Assembly: GCA_050014115.1 (NCBI GenBank) | Contig: JBEKDY010000001.1 | Span: 2,369 to 66,368, forward strand | Direction of reading: 5' to 3' | DNA: 64,000 nucleotides | Source of the DNA: Candidatus Sulfotelmatobacter sp. | GTDB taxonomy: Bacteria; Acidobacteriota; Terriglobia; Terriglobales; Acidobacteriaceae | Part shown: in pieces, positions 36,841 to 45,105 of the stretch | How the letters are laid out: each line of letters begins with the position of its first letter | Position numbering within the stretch: position 1 is the stretch's first letter | Notes under the pieces: generated by a model | What the model saw: the letters and a program-made list of their open reading frames with translations, nothing else | The model's database searches: none | Told to the model about the DNA's origin: nothing | Program-made: the position numbers and the translations under genes

Positions 36841-38400
36841 ATGACTTTTACGAAGGCTTCATTTCTGCTTGCCGTGAGTGCACTGATGATGGCCGCGATT
36901 ACATCACCCGACCTGGTTGCGGCACAGGGCGTGGATGCGCAAATGCTTCTGCACCCACCGGTGGATAGTTGGCCCAGCTATCACGGCGACTACTCCGGCA
37001 GGCGACACAGTTCGCTCACCCAGATCACGCCGCAGAACGTAAGAAGTCTTTCGCTGGTCTGGGCCTTTCAAACCGAGCAACCTGCGGAGATCAAATCCTC
37101 GCCGCTGCTGGTCGACGGGATTTTATACTTCACCGTTCCGGACAACATTTGGGCGATCGATGCGCGGTCGGGCCACCAGATTTGGCATTACAACCACCCG
37201 AAGGACAAAGGCGATCATATCGGGCACCGTGGCGTCGCGATGTACAAAGGATATCTCTACTTTTTGTCTCCCGATGCGCACCTTGTATCCCTCAATGCAA
37301 AAGATGGAACTGTGCGCTGGGATGTAATTGTTGCGGACGTCGCGAAGGGATATTGGACCACCATGGCTCCGCTCACCGTCGGGGACCACGTGCTGGTGGG
37401 CGTTTCCGGCGATCTGGATAATCTCACCGGTTACATCCGGTCGATTGATCCGGAGACGGGGGAAACGCAATGGCAATGGAACAGCACGCCTCCGGCGGGC
37501 ACTCCGAAGCAGCCCACGGGAGGAATGACGTGGATCACCGGAACTTATGATCCCGAACTCAATCTGGTTTATTGGGGAACCGGGAACCCGACTCCCGTGC
37601 TGAACGGCACCACGCGGCCGGGCGATGATCTCTACACCTGCACTCTGGTTGCGTTGAATCCAGATACGGGCAAGCTGGTGTGGTCGTTCCAGGCCTCCCC
37701 GCACGATACGCACGACTGGGACGCGGTGCAGGTTCCGGTGCAGGTCGATGGCGACTTCCACGGCGAGCCGAAGAAGATGCTGATGCAGGCCTCGCGTAAC
37801 GGCTACTTCTTCGTTCTCGATCGCACCAACGGAAAAGATCTTTTGACCGCTCCTTTCGGGCCCGTGAACTGGTCGCTCGGAGTGGATGCGCAAGGCAGTC
37901 CGATTCCCAATCCTGCCAAGGAACCTGCGCCCGATGGGCGCTTGCTTTCTCCCGACGAGGGTGGCATGACCAACTACCGTTCCCCGAGCTTCGACACAAA
38001 GAACGGATTATTTATCGTCGATGCTCACCCGAGCTATGGCATCTACTTTGCCAAGCCCGCCGACGGGACCTACGGATGGGCCGGCGCGGATTATGGCGTT
38101 TGGGGCCAAGGCGTCATCGAAGCCATCGATTATCAGACTGGCAAGATTCGCTGGAGCCACGAACTCGGGCCGGAATCCGGCGCGGGCGTGCTGACCACGG
38201 ATTCAGGGCTTACCTTCACGGGGGACGGTCACGGCAACTTCCTGGCGCTCGATTCGAGCGACGGAAAAACCCTTTGGCACGCGGGCTCAGGCGCGGAAAT
38301 CCAGAGTTCTCCGATCACGTATCAGCTCGACGGTCGCCAATACCTGCTGACCAGCGGCGGCGGCGTGATGTTTGCGTGGGCGCTTCCGCAACCGGAATGA
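36841..38400 (+). CDS. PQQ-dependent dehydrogenase / PQQ-like beta-propeller protein, secreted
   Basis: Signal peptide MTFTKASFLLAVSALMMAAITSPDLVAAQG. Quinoprotein N-terminal motif WPSYHGDYSGRRHSSLTQITPQNVRSLSLVWAFQ. Also DDLYTCTLVALNPDTGKLVWSFQASPHDTHDWD. The vicinal Cys-Cys of methanol/ethanol dehydrogenases is not seen. Confidence 0.78.
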   Translation: MTFTKASFLLAVSALMMAAITSPDLVAAQGVDAQMLLHPPVDSWPSYHGDYSGRRHSSLTQITPQNVRSLSLVWAFQTEQPAEIKSSPLLVDGILYFTVPDNIWAIDARSGHQIWHYNHPKDKGDHIGHRGVAMYKGYLYFLSPDAHLVSLNAKDGTVRWDVIVADVAKGYWTTMAPLTVGDHVLVGVSGDLDNLTGYIRSIDPETGETQWQWNSTPPAGTPKQPTGGMTWITGTYDPELNLVYWGTGNPTPVLNGTTRPGDDLYTCTLVALNPDTGKLVWSFQASPHDTHDWDAVQVPVQVDGDFHGEPKKMLMQASRNGYFFVLDRTNGKDLLTAPFGPVNWSLGVDAQGSPIPNPAKEPAPDGRLLSPDEGGMTNYRSPSFDTKNGLFIVDAHPSYGIYFAKPADGTYGWAGADYGVWGQGVIEAIDYQTGKIRWSHELGPESGAGVLTTDSGLTFTGDGHGNFLALDSSDGKTLWHAGSGAEIQSSPITYQLDGRQYLLTSGGGVMFAWALPQPE

Positions 38401-38493
38401 ATCTCGGCGTCCGCAACGGTTTCTGAGTTTTCTGAGAATGGAAGATCAACGAATGGACAAGGGACGCTAAACGACCGACAGGAGGGCACCGAT

Positions 38494-39657
38494 ATGCTGA
38501 ATCGCCGCAGCTTCCTCATTGCCAGCGGACTTACCGCGCTTGCCTCGACTCGAGTGCTGGGTGCAAACGATACGCTTCGTATCGGAATCATCGGCGCCGG
38601 CGGCCGCATGCGGGGACTGCTCGATGCCGCTGACAAGGTCGCTCTTTATCAGATCGCGGCCGTGAGCGACGTCTATGCGCCGCATCGCGATGCCGTCAAA
38701 GAACGTTCCAAAGGCATTGCCACTACTCATCTGGATTATCGCGAGGTGCTTGAGCGGGACGTCGATGCGGTGATTATTGCATCTCCCGACCACTGGCACG
38801 TGCGCATGGCAGTCGACGCTTTGGCCGCCGGCAAAGACGTCTATCTGGAAAAGCCCGTCACCCACACGCTCGAAGAAGGCGCGACGCTGACCCGAACAGT
38901 TCGTTCCGGCAAACGAATTCTACAGTGTGGCATGCAGCAGCGCAGTTGGACGCACTTTCGCGATGCAGTTGATTTGATTCAGGGAGGCAGCCTGGGCCGC
39001 GTCACCCAGGTGAGAACCTATTGGTGGCAGAACTATCACCGCGACTGGGCGGCCAAGCCCATTGACACGCAGGCGCTCGACTGGAAGCTTTGGCTGGGAT
39101 CCGCTCCCGACCAGCCCTTCAGCGAGGAAAAATTTAATCACTGGCGCTGGTTCTGGAATTTTGGCGGAGGCGCCATGACCGATTTGTTCACTCACTGGAT
39201 CGATGTCGTGCACTGGGCCATGAAATCTGACCTGGCGAGCGAGGCGCAGATGCTTGGGGATAAATATATTTTCGATCAGTGGGATTGTCCCGACACCATC
39301 CAGGCGGCTTTCCGCTACCCCGGGTTCGATGTGGTCTATGAGGGCATGATGAATTCCTCCATCGATGGCGGCGGCCTGGAGTTCCGCGGGACGGAAGCAA
39401 CTCTGAAGATCGATCGAGGCGGCTTCGGCGTTTATCGCGAACGGGTTGAAGAGGAGAAGAATCCCGCTCTCACCGCCCGCAGCGTGCTCGATGGCACCAT
39501 CAGCCACATGGAAAATTTCTTCGAGTGCATCAAGACCCGCAAAGAGCCCAATGCGCCAGTGGAGACCGGAGTTGCCGCCGCGCGTGCCGGCCACTTCGGG
39601 AACCTGGCTTACAACCACGGAGGCAAGTTTGTTCCGACGGCGAAAACCGCGGCTTGA
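38494..39657 (+). CDS. Gfo/Idh/MocA family oxidoreductase with twin-arginine (Tat) signal
   Basis: MLNRRSFLIASGLTALASTRVLGA is a Tat motif (RRSFL). Rossmann start LRIGIIGAGGR. EKP motif (YLEKPV). Confidence 0.8.
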   Translation: MLNRRSFLIASGLTALASTRVLGANDTLRIGIIGAGGRMRGLLDAADKVALYQIAAVSDVYAPHRDAVKERSKGIATTHLDYREVLERDVDAVIIASPDHWHVRMAVDALAAGKDVYLEKPVTHTLEEGATLTRTVRSGKRILQCGMQQRSWTHFRDAVDLIQGGSLGRVTQVRTYWWQNYHRDWAAKPIDTQALDWKLWLGSAPDQPFSEEKFNHWRWFWNFGGGAMTDLFTHWIDVVHWAMKSDLASEAQMLGDKYIFDQWDCPDTIQAAFRYPGFDVVYEGMMNSSIDGGGLEFRGTEATLKIDRGGFGVYRERVEEEKNPALTARSVLDGTISHMENFFECIKTRKEPNAPVETGVAAARAGHFGNLAYNHGGKFVPTAKTAA

Positions 39658-39743
39658 GTAGTCGCTTTCTGGTTGCGATTCGACTGTTGTGGATCGCGCT
39701 TATCGAGTGGCTCGTCGCCTGATATCTGCGGCACGAAGACAAT

Positions 39744-40196
39744 ATGTCCAAACACGAAATCCGGAGCAATCGCGGCGCGCCCCCGCAGGGTGCCTACTCC
39801 CAGGGATGGCGCGCCGGAGATTTTATTTTCGTGACCGGCACCGGTCCCATCGACCCCGCCACAGGAAACATGGTAGGCGATAGCATCGAACAACAGACCG
39901 ACCAGACCATCGACAACATTTCCGCGATTCTCCAGGCGGATGGCGCTTCCCTTCGGGACGCGGTCAAAGTTACGGTCCACCTAAGCGACACCGGTCTTTT
40001 CGCCCGCTACAACGCCGTGTATGCGCGGCGGTTTTCCAAGCCCTATCCAGTTCGCACCACGGTAGGCAGCAATCTTGGGCACGCGCCCGGAATGCTGATC
40101 GAAATCGACTGCATCGCCTACATCGCACGGAAGAAGAGAAAGGCGCAAGGGGCGACGAAAAAAAAGAAGTCAGGCATGCGAAGAAACAGGAAGTAA
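39744..40196 (+). CDS. ridA: RidA (YjgF/TdcF) family reactive-intermediate deaminase with polybasic C-terminal tail
   Basis: Motifs GDFIFVTGTGPIDPATG, QTDQTIDNISAILQADGASL and YPVRTTVGS...IEIDCIAY. It carries a roughly 22-aa extension RKKRKAQGATKKKKSGMRRNRK that I do not recognise from typical RidA proteins. Confidence 0.85.
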   Translation: MSKHEIRSNRGAPPQGAYSQGWRAGDFIFVTGTGPIDPATGNMVGDSIEQQTDQTIDNISAILQADGASLRDAVKVTVHLSDTGLFARYNAVYARRFSKPYPVRTTVGSNLGHAPGMLIEIDCIAYIARKKRKAQGATKKKKSGMRRNRK

Positions 40197-40274
40197 CTCG
40201 ATACCAGGGTGCCCCATTTCTCGCGTCCTTTGCGAAAAGGCCTGCCCTGAGCGAAGTCGAAGGGTGGGGCTTTC

Positions 40275-41468
40275 CTAACTCCGAACGGAAAGCGCTCGAT
40301 TTGCGGCGGCCAGCAGCGGCGCCTCCCGGCCGCGCGCAGACACGCTCTCCACCGACTCGACCTCGCCGTTCCTGACCAGCAGCGCACAATCGAAATTGTT
40401 TACCGTGGGGCAAACGTGTCGCGGAATCAGATACAGCGCCTCGCCTAGATACGGACCCGTTGCTCCCACTTTCACCGCGAGCGGCAGATGCTCTTCGCTC
40501 GGCGAAAGGGGCGTAAGCTCCGGATGCCCAACTACCACGCACGTCGGAACCCCGGCGTCGGCGGACACTGCCTTGTGGCCGGCGTCGCAGGTGATGATCC
40601 CCGCGCGCGGAGAGCTCACCACGCGCGTCACTACCAGCGCCGCCGGCCGGTAGCCGTATTCCTTCGGGAGTTGCTCCAGGCTGCTGGCGTCGCAATAAAC
40701 TACAGTTCCCGGCGAAACGCGATGGAGAAACTTTCCCCGCCGAAAGCCACCGTAGCTGAGCGAGCATGGGAACGTCGGCGTTCCTGAAGTGATGACTTCT
40801 GGAACGTTTATTCCAGACCGCTCAAGCTCGCTCACAATTTCCAGCAGACGATCGTAGCCGCGATGCGCCGCGCTGGTCCGTTCACCCTCTGGCACGCCGC
40901 CATATTGACCGTCGTAGTAATGCAGCCCACGGAACTCCAGCCCCGCATCGGCGATCGCCCGCGCCAGTGCGACAATTTTGTCATTCCGGCTCTGCTCGAT
41001 TCCCGTGCGATTCATGCCGGGATTAATATCGAGGAAAACTCCCACCTGGCTGCCGCGCCATTGCCGCACCTGCTCCTCGTTCTCGGCGAGAACAGAAATG
41101 CGCACTTCTGGAAACTGTTGCGCTATCTCCCGCGCCCGGCGGGCATTTGCGCCCAACACCGGATAGGCGAGGAGCACGTCTGCCGCGCCGCTCTGGCAGG
41201 CCACCAGCAGCTCGAGTGTGGTGGCACACTTGAAATTGGGGATGCCCCGATCCAACAGCATGCGCAGCGTGAAGCCCAGCTTCGCGGTCTTAATGTGCAC
41301 GCGCCAGCGATTCGCATCACCGCCGAGCAACTTCAGGGTCTGGTCGATGTTCGACGCGATCACTTCCGGATAGATCACCAGCGCGGGAGTGAGAACATTC
41401 TCGATGCCAGAAATGCGATAGCGCGGGTCCCAACTGAATTCGCCTAGCATATTTTGCATGGCCGTCAT
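40275..41468 (-). CDS. D-threonine aldolase / D-serine dehydratase-like PLP enzyme (alanine-racemase N-terminal fold, D-TA family)
   Basis: PLP-lysine motif HIKTAK. Also NFKCATTLE, and a C-terminal D-serine-dehydratase-like domain (CDAGHKAVSAD, IPRHVCPTVN). Confidence 0.8.
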   Translation of the reverse strand: MTAMQNMLGEFSWDPRYRISGIENVLTPALVIYPEVIASNIDQTLKLLGGDANRWRVHIKTAKLGFTLRMLLDRGIPNFKCATTLELLVACQSGAADVLLAYPVLGANARRAREIAQQFPEVRISVLAENEEQVRQWRGSQVGVFLDINPGMNRTGIEQSRNDKIVALARAIADAGLEFRGLHYYDGQYGGVPEGERTSAAHRGYDRLLEIVSELERSGINVPEVITSGTPTFPCSLSYGGFRRGKFLHRVSPGTVVYCDASSLEQLPKEYGYRPAALVVTRVVSSPRAGIITCDAGHKAVSADAGVPTCVVVGHPELTPLSPSEEHLPLAVKVGATGPYLGEALYLIPRHVCPTVNNFDCALLVRNGEVESVESVSARGREAPLLAAANRALSVRS

Positions 41469-42992
41469 GGCCTCGATGATAGCGCGAGCACCCGCCGGTT
41501 GACGACCCTCATCGCCAAGAGTAGTCTCGCTGAACCTTCATGTGTGCGAGAGGGCCATCTGGCAGATCATATCGAGGCAAATCATAGCGGTCCAAGTCAT
41601 GGCCGTCCGGATTTAGTTCGCGGCCTCGGTCTGTGGGCCGCCACTGCCATCGTGATTGGCGACTCCATCGGTACGGGCATTTTTCTTGTCACCAGCGATA
41701 TGGCCCGCTCCGCCGGCTCGGTTGCCCTGGTTTTTGCCGCATGGATCATCGGTGGCCTGATCGTGCTGTGCGGCGCATTCTGCTATGCCGAACTGGGCGC
41801 GGCATTCCCCAAAGCCGGCGGCCCTTACGTCTACCTTGGCCGCGGTCTCGGTCCGCTCTGGGGATTTCTTTTTGGCTGGATGAGTTCGTTTCTTGATCGG
41901 CCGGTGGCCATGGCAGGACTAGGAGCAGGATTTCTTCGACTGGTTGGATTCCTGTTCCCGGTTGTGAGCATGCCGCTCTTCAGCGGCCATCTCGGAAGTT
42001 ACAACTTCACTTTCACGCTGGCACAACCGCTTGCGGCGCTGGTCGTGCTGGCGGTGACCGCCATCAATTACCTGAATGTGCGGACGGGCGGTGCGATTCA
42101 GGTGTTGCTGACTTGCCTGAAAGTCGGGACGATCGTCATGATCGTTGTCGCCGGCGTCCTGTTCGGAAAACACAATGTGCTCGAAGCCACCCCAGCGGTC
42201 GCGCCGTTGGCTTCAGGAATGCTGCGCTGGGCAACCATCGGCGCCGTGCTGACTGCACTCGTTCCCGCCATGTGGGCCTATAACGGTTTCAACGACCTCG
42301 GCGACTTAGGCGAAGAAGTACTGCATCCTCAAAGGAACATTCCTCTGGCAATTATTCTGGGACTGCTCACGGTTGGCGGTCTCTATCTATCGGCGAACGT
42401 TATTTATTTCCACTCTTTGACCTTCGCCCAGATTGCTTCTTCCCCGCACGTCGCGTCCGATGTGGTGCGTTCCTTCGCCGGGTCCCGTGGAGCCGTCTGG
42501 CTCACCATCGCCATGGCTATTTCTGCCTTAGGAGCGCTCCATGTCGTGGTGATGACGGGGGCGCGCATTCCCTACGCGATGGCGCGCGACGGCGTCTTCT
42601 TCAACTTCGCTCAGCGCATTCAACCCACTTTTCACACACCCAGCGGCGCGCTGATTTTTCTGGGCACCGTCGCGGCGCTGCTCGCATTGACCGGGACGTT
42701 TGAGGAGCTTTATTCGCTATTTGTGTTTGCGGTATGGATTTTTTTCGCGTTGACCGCGATCGCGCTTCTTCGCCTGCGCAGAATCGAGCCCGGACTGACC
42801 CGGCCGTACCGCGCGTGGGGTTATCCGTGGACGCCGCTTATTTTCTTATTTGCTGCGCTCGCTCTCACCATCAACCTGTGGATGGTTCGCCCCGTGCGTT
42901 CTTCGCTCGGCCTGGCAGTGATCATCGCAGGCATTCCATTTTTCTACCGCTGGCAAAAGGCGGCTCGTGCCTCTACCACGCCAGCAGCCTAG
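41454..42992 (+). CDS. APC superfamily amino-acid permease
   Basis: Twelve-TM profile. N-terminal motif LGLWAATAIVIGDSIGTGIFL. The ATG at 41454 overlaps the divergent gene, so a GTG at 41544 is a plausible true start. Confidence 0.8.
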   Translation: MHGRHGLDDSASTRRLTTLIAKSSLAEPSCVREGHLADHIEANHSGPSHGRPDLVRGLGLWAATAIVIGDSIGTGIFLVTSDMARSAGSVALVFAAWIIGGLIVLCGAFCYAELGAAFPKAGGPYVYLGRGLGPLWGFLFGWMSSFLDRPVAMAGLGAGFLRLVGFLFPVVSMPLFSGHLGSYNFTFTLAQPLAALVVLAVTAINYLNVRTGGAIQVLLTCLKVGTIVMIVVAGVLFGKHNVLEATPAVAPLASGMLRWATIGAVLTALVPAMWAYNGFNDLGDLGEEVLHPQRNIPLAIILGLLTVGGLYLSANVIYFHSLTFAQIASSPHVASDVVRSFAGSRGAVWLTIAMAISALGALHVVVMTGARIPYAMARDGVFFNFAQRIQPTFHTPSGALIFLGTVAALLALTGTFEELYSLFVFAVWIFFALTAIALLRLRRIEPGLTRPYRAWGYPWTPLIFLFAALALTINLWMVRPVRSSLGLAVIIAGIPFFYRWQKAARASTTPAA

Positions 42993-43019
42993 TTCTGGTG
43001 GACCGGCAGAACCGATTGA

Positions 43020-43589
43020 CTACGGAGCGCTATGACCGGAACACTGCAACACACCCAGATACGCGTTCCACGGGCCGACGGCGTCTCGATACTGGTGCGC
43101 CATCACGCGCGATAGTTGATGCAGGTGCGTAAGGTCGTGAACCGCCCACGTTGCCAGAAGCTCTGACAGCGTCACCGTTCCAAGCACTGGATGCTTCCCT
43201 CTCCGCTTCAAATCTTGCCGCTGTAAATTCAGGGCCCGCAACGCGGCCAGACTTTCCCCACGCAGGTGCGCGAAATCGTCAAGAAGCTGCTCCAAGGATT
43301 TATCCTGCCCCTCTTTCAAGTGCGCAAAACGGTCAAAGGGATCAAAAGGCTGCGCTTCCCCGCTCTGGAGTATGACCCGCACCCTCGGCATCCAGTCCGT
43401 GCGTTCCCCGACGATCAGGTGACCCACAATGTCGAACGCGCTCCAGCTATCTTTTCCCTGATTGTTGCGTCCTTCGTTGCTGCGTACCCAGATGTTCGGC
43501 AGGCCGCGCAATTGTGCATTCAGGGTTGCAGGGGTGCGAGTGAGAAGTGCGACGGCCTCAGCGATGCTGACTTCGTTTAAGCTTGCCAT
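43020..43589 (-). CDS. DinB family (DinB_2) metal-dependent four-helix-bundle protein
   Basis: 189 aa from MASLNEVSI. His triad context (DIVGHL, WAVHDLTHLHQL). Confidence 0.75.
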   Translation of the reverse strand: MASLNEVSIAEAVALLTRTPATLNAQLRGLPNIWVRSNEGRNNQGKDSWSAFDIVGHLIVGERTDWMPRVRVILQSGEAQPFDPFDRFAHLKEGQDKSLEQLLDDFAHLRGESLAALRALNLQRQDLKRRGKHPVLGTVTLSELLATWAVHDLTHLHQLSRVMAHQYRDAVGPWNAYLGVLQCSGHSAP

Positions 43590-43680
43590 GCCTACGTAGA
43601 TGCATGCGCGGCGCCATGGACTCAGGCGAGGGAGTATAAGCGAAGTGTTTTGGGAAAGCACCGGCTTTCGAGCGCTTCGT

Positions 43681-45105
43681 CTACTGACTGGCGGAAGAAC
43701 CTGCGGAGACTCCGAAGGTCTCCGGCGGGTCAAAGAAACTCTGGTGCCACAACGCAGCGTCTGACAGGGTTCCCGCCTTCCACTGCTGAAGAACCGGCAG
43801 CGTGACCGCGATCATGCCTCCATCCGCGGAATCGAAAATCAGCACGATTCCTCCGAGGCTTCCCGAGTTCTTGGCAATTTCCGCATAGCGTTGTTCGAGG
43901 AGGGATTTTGCGAATTCCAGCTTTTCCTGGCTAGTGCTGTTCTTTGCATTTTCGTCGAGCTTCTCAACCGATAAGATTTTTACGCTCTTACCTCGCAGGG
44001 GTCCCCAATCGCCGGGAAATGTAGAAGTCTCTTCGCGGACCACGTGGAATAAATCCGCGGCCGCGGGCGCTGCTCCGGGTTTTGCATCCACGTCGGGAAT
44101 CTCATCGGGCATTTCGAGATTGGTGCGCCACACCCATCCCCGGGACAAACCGGAAACCCGTACGTGAACCCAGTCGGCGTTGAAGTCAAGCATCTCGAAC
44201 TCGTCGTGTTCACTGGCCAGAAACAACGTTTTGGCCTTCAAACTCGGCGCATCGACTACGGGCGTACCGGACTTTCTCACGGCTACAAGATTTTTGGGGT
44301 GCGCCTGGTTCTTGAGGATTTCCTCCAGGCTCTCGGCCTCGGCCTTCAACCCCGAAGGGACAGCAGTCGCCGCGGGAGCGGGCCCTGCGGGAACATCGGC
44401 CGTGCGGGCAGCGAGACCCTGCGCCACGGAGGAAGGAAAGGTTCCGCCTGTCTCCGGCAATCGTGGCGTGGGCGCTGATGGCGCGGAATCCGCAGGCGGA
44501 TGAACGATTGGTTTTGAGGAGGAAGGAGGCGGCGCAGAGACGGTTGGCGGTTGAGTGGAAGAGATGGACGCCGCAGCTACCGGAGAATTCGCCTCCGTTG
44601 TTGATGTTGCCGTTGTAGACGCTGCCGTGCTTGACGCTGCCGTTGCTGCGGGTCCCGCTGCTGCCCTCTTGCCGAGTTCCTCTGCCAACTGGTCGAGCAG
44701 GTCCGCTTCCAGCCGGCCATTGGAAGTTAGCAATTGATACCCAGAGCGTGAAGGAATCGGATCCGGATACCAGGCGGTCACCTTGGTACTCACATGCACG
44801 ACCGACCCGCCCGAGGCCGTGGCGCTCACCTGAACCGTCGACTGGAAATAGCCTCGCTGGTAGCGGTCAAGCGGTCGATCGCCCGGAAGGGCAAAGCCAT
44901 CCAGCGCCGGAAGGCGGCCCGCCAGCGAAGACGACATGTCTTTCAAAGCCTTCTCGACCGTTGCTTTCGATTCCGCGAAGCTCCGCTCGTAACCGCCGCC
45001 TTGCGCCGTGCCGCGCTCGACGAGCAGGGTGATAACCATAATCCCCAGGAGCGTACAAATGAATCCTTGGCACCATCGTCTGCACACCGTGGATTCCCGC
45101 TTCAT
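43681..45105 (-). CDS. secreted hypothetical protein: N-domain, Ala/Ser/Thr/Pro linker, SH3b-like domain, C-domain
   Basis: Signal/anchor segment FICTLLGIMVITLLV. Low-complexity linker AAGPAATAASSTAASTTATSTTEANS...PPPSSSKP. SH3b-like segment DFNADWVHVRVSGLSRGWVWRTNLE. I recognise no enzymatic motif. Confidence 0.6.
   Translation of the reverse strand: MKRESTVCRRWCQGFICTLLGIMVITLLVERGTAQGGGYERSFAESKATVEKALKDMSSSLAGRLPALDGFALPGDRPLDRYQRGYFQSTVQVSATASGGSVVHVSTKVTAWYPDPIPSRSGYQLLTSNGRLEADLLDQLAEELGKRAAAGPAATAASSTAASTTATSTTEANSPVAAASISSTQPPTVSAPPPSSSKPIVHPPADSAPSAPTPRLPETGGTFPSSVAQGLAARTADVPAGPAPAATAVPSGLKAEAESLEEILKNQAHPKNLVAVRKSGTPVVDAPSLKAKTLFLASEHDEFEMLDFNADWVHVRVSGLSRGWVWRTNLEMPDEIPDVDAKPGAAPAAADLFHVVREETSTFPGDWGPLRGKSVKILSVEKLDENAKNSTSQEKLEFAKSLLEQRYAEIAKNSGSLGGIVLIFDSADGGMIAVTLPVLQQWKAGTLSDAALWHQSFFDPPETFGVSAGSSASQ

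Noticed and set aside
40197-40274. GC-rich ridA / D-TA intergenic segment (ggtgccccatttctcgcgtcctttgcgaaaaggcctgccctgagcgaagtcgaagggtggggc), considered as a terminator or dispersed repeat
   Set aside because: Only the outer 6 bp (gcccca/tggggc) pair. The interior does not fold into a clean hairpin and there is no T-tract. It may belong to a genome-wide repeat family, but that cannot be judged from one window.
39970-40767. 265-aa minus-strand ORF
   Set aside because: It lies in an alternative frame overlapping the 3' end of ridA and the D-TA family gene. It is Arg/Gly/Ser/Ala-rich and low-complexity, and it conflicts with two motif-supported genes.
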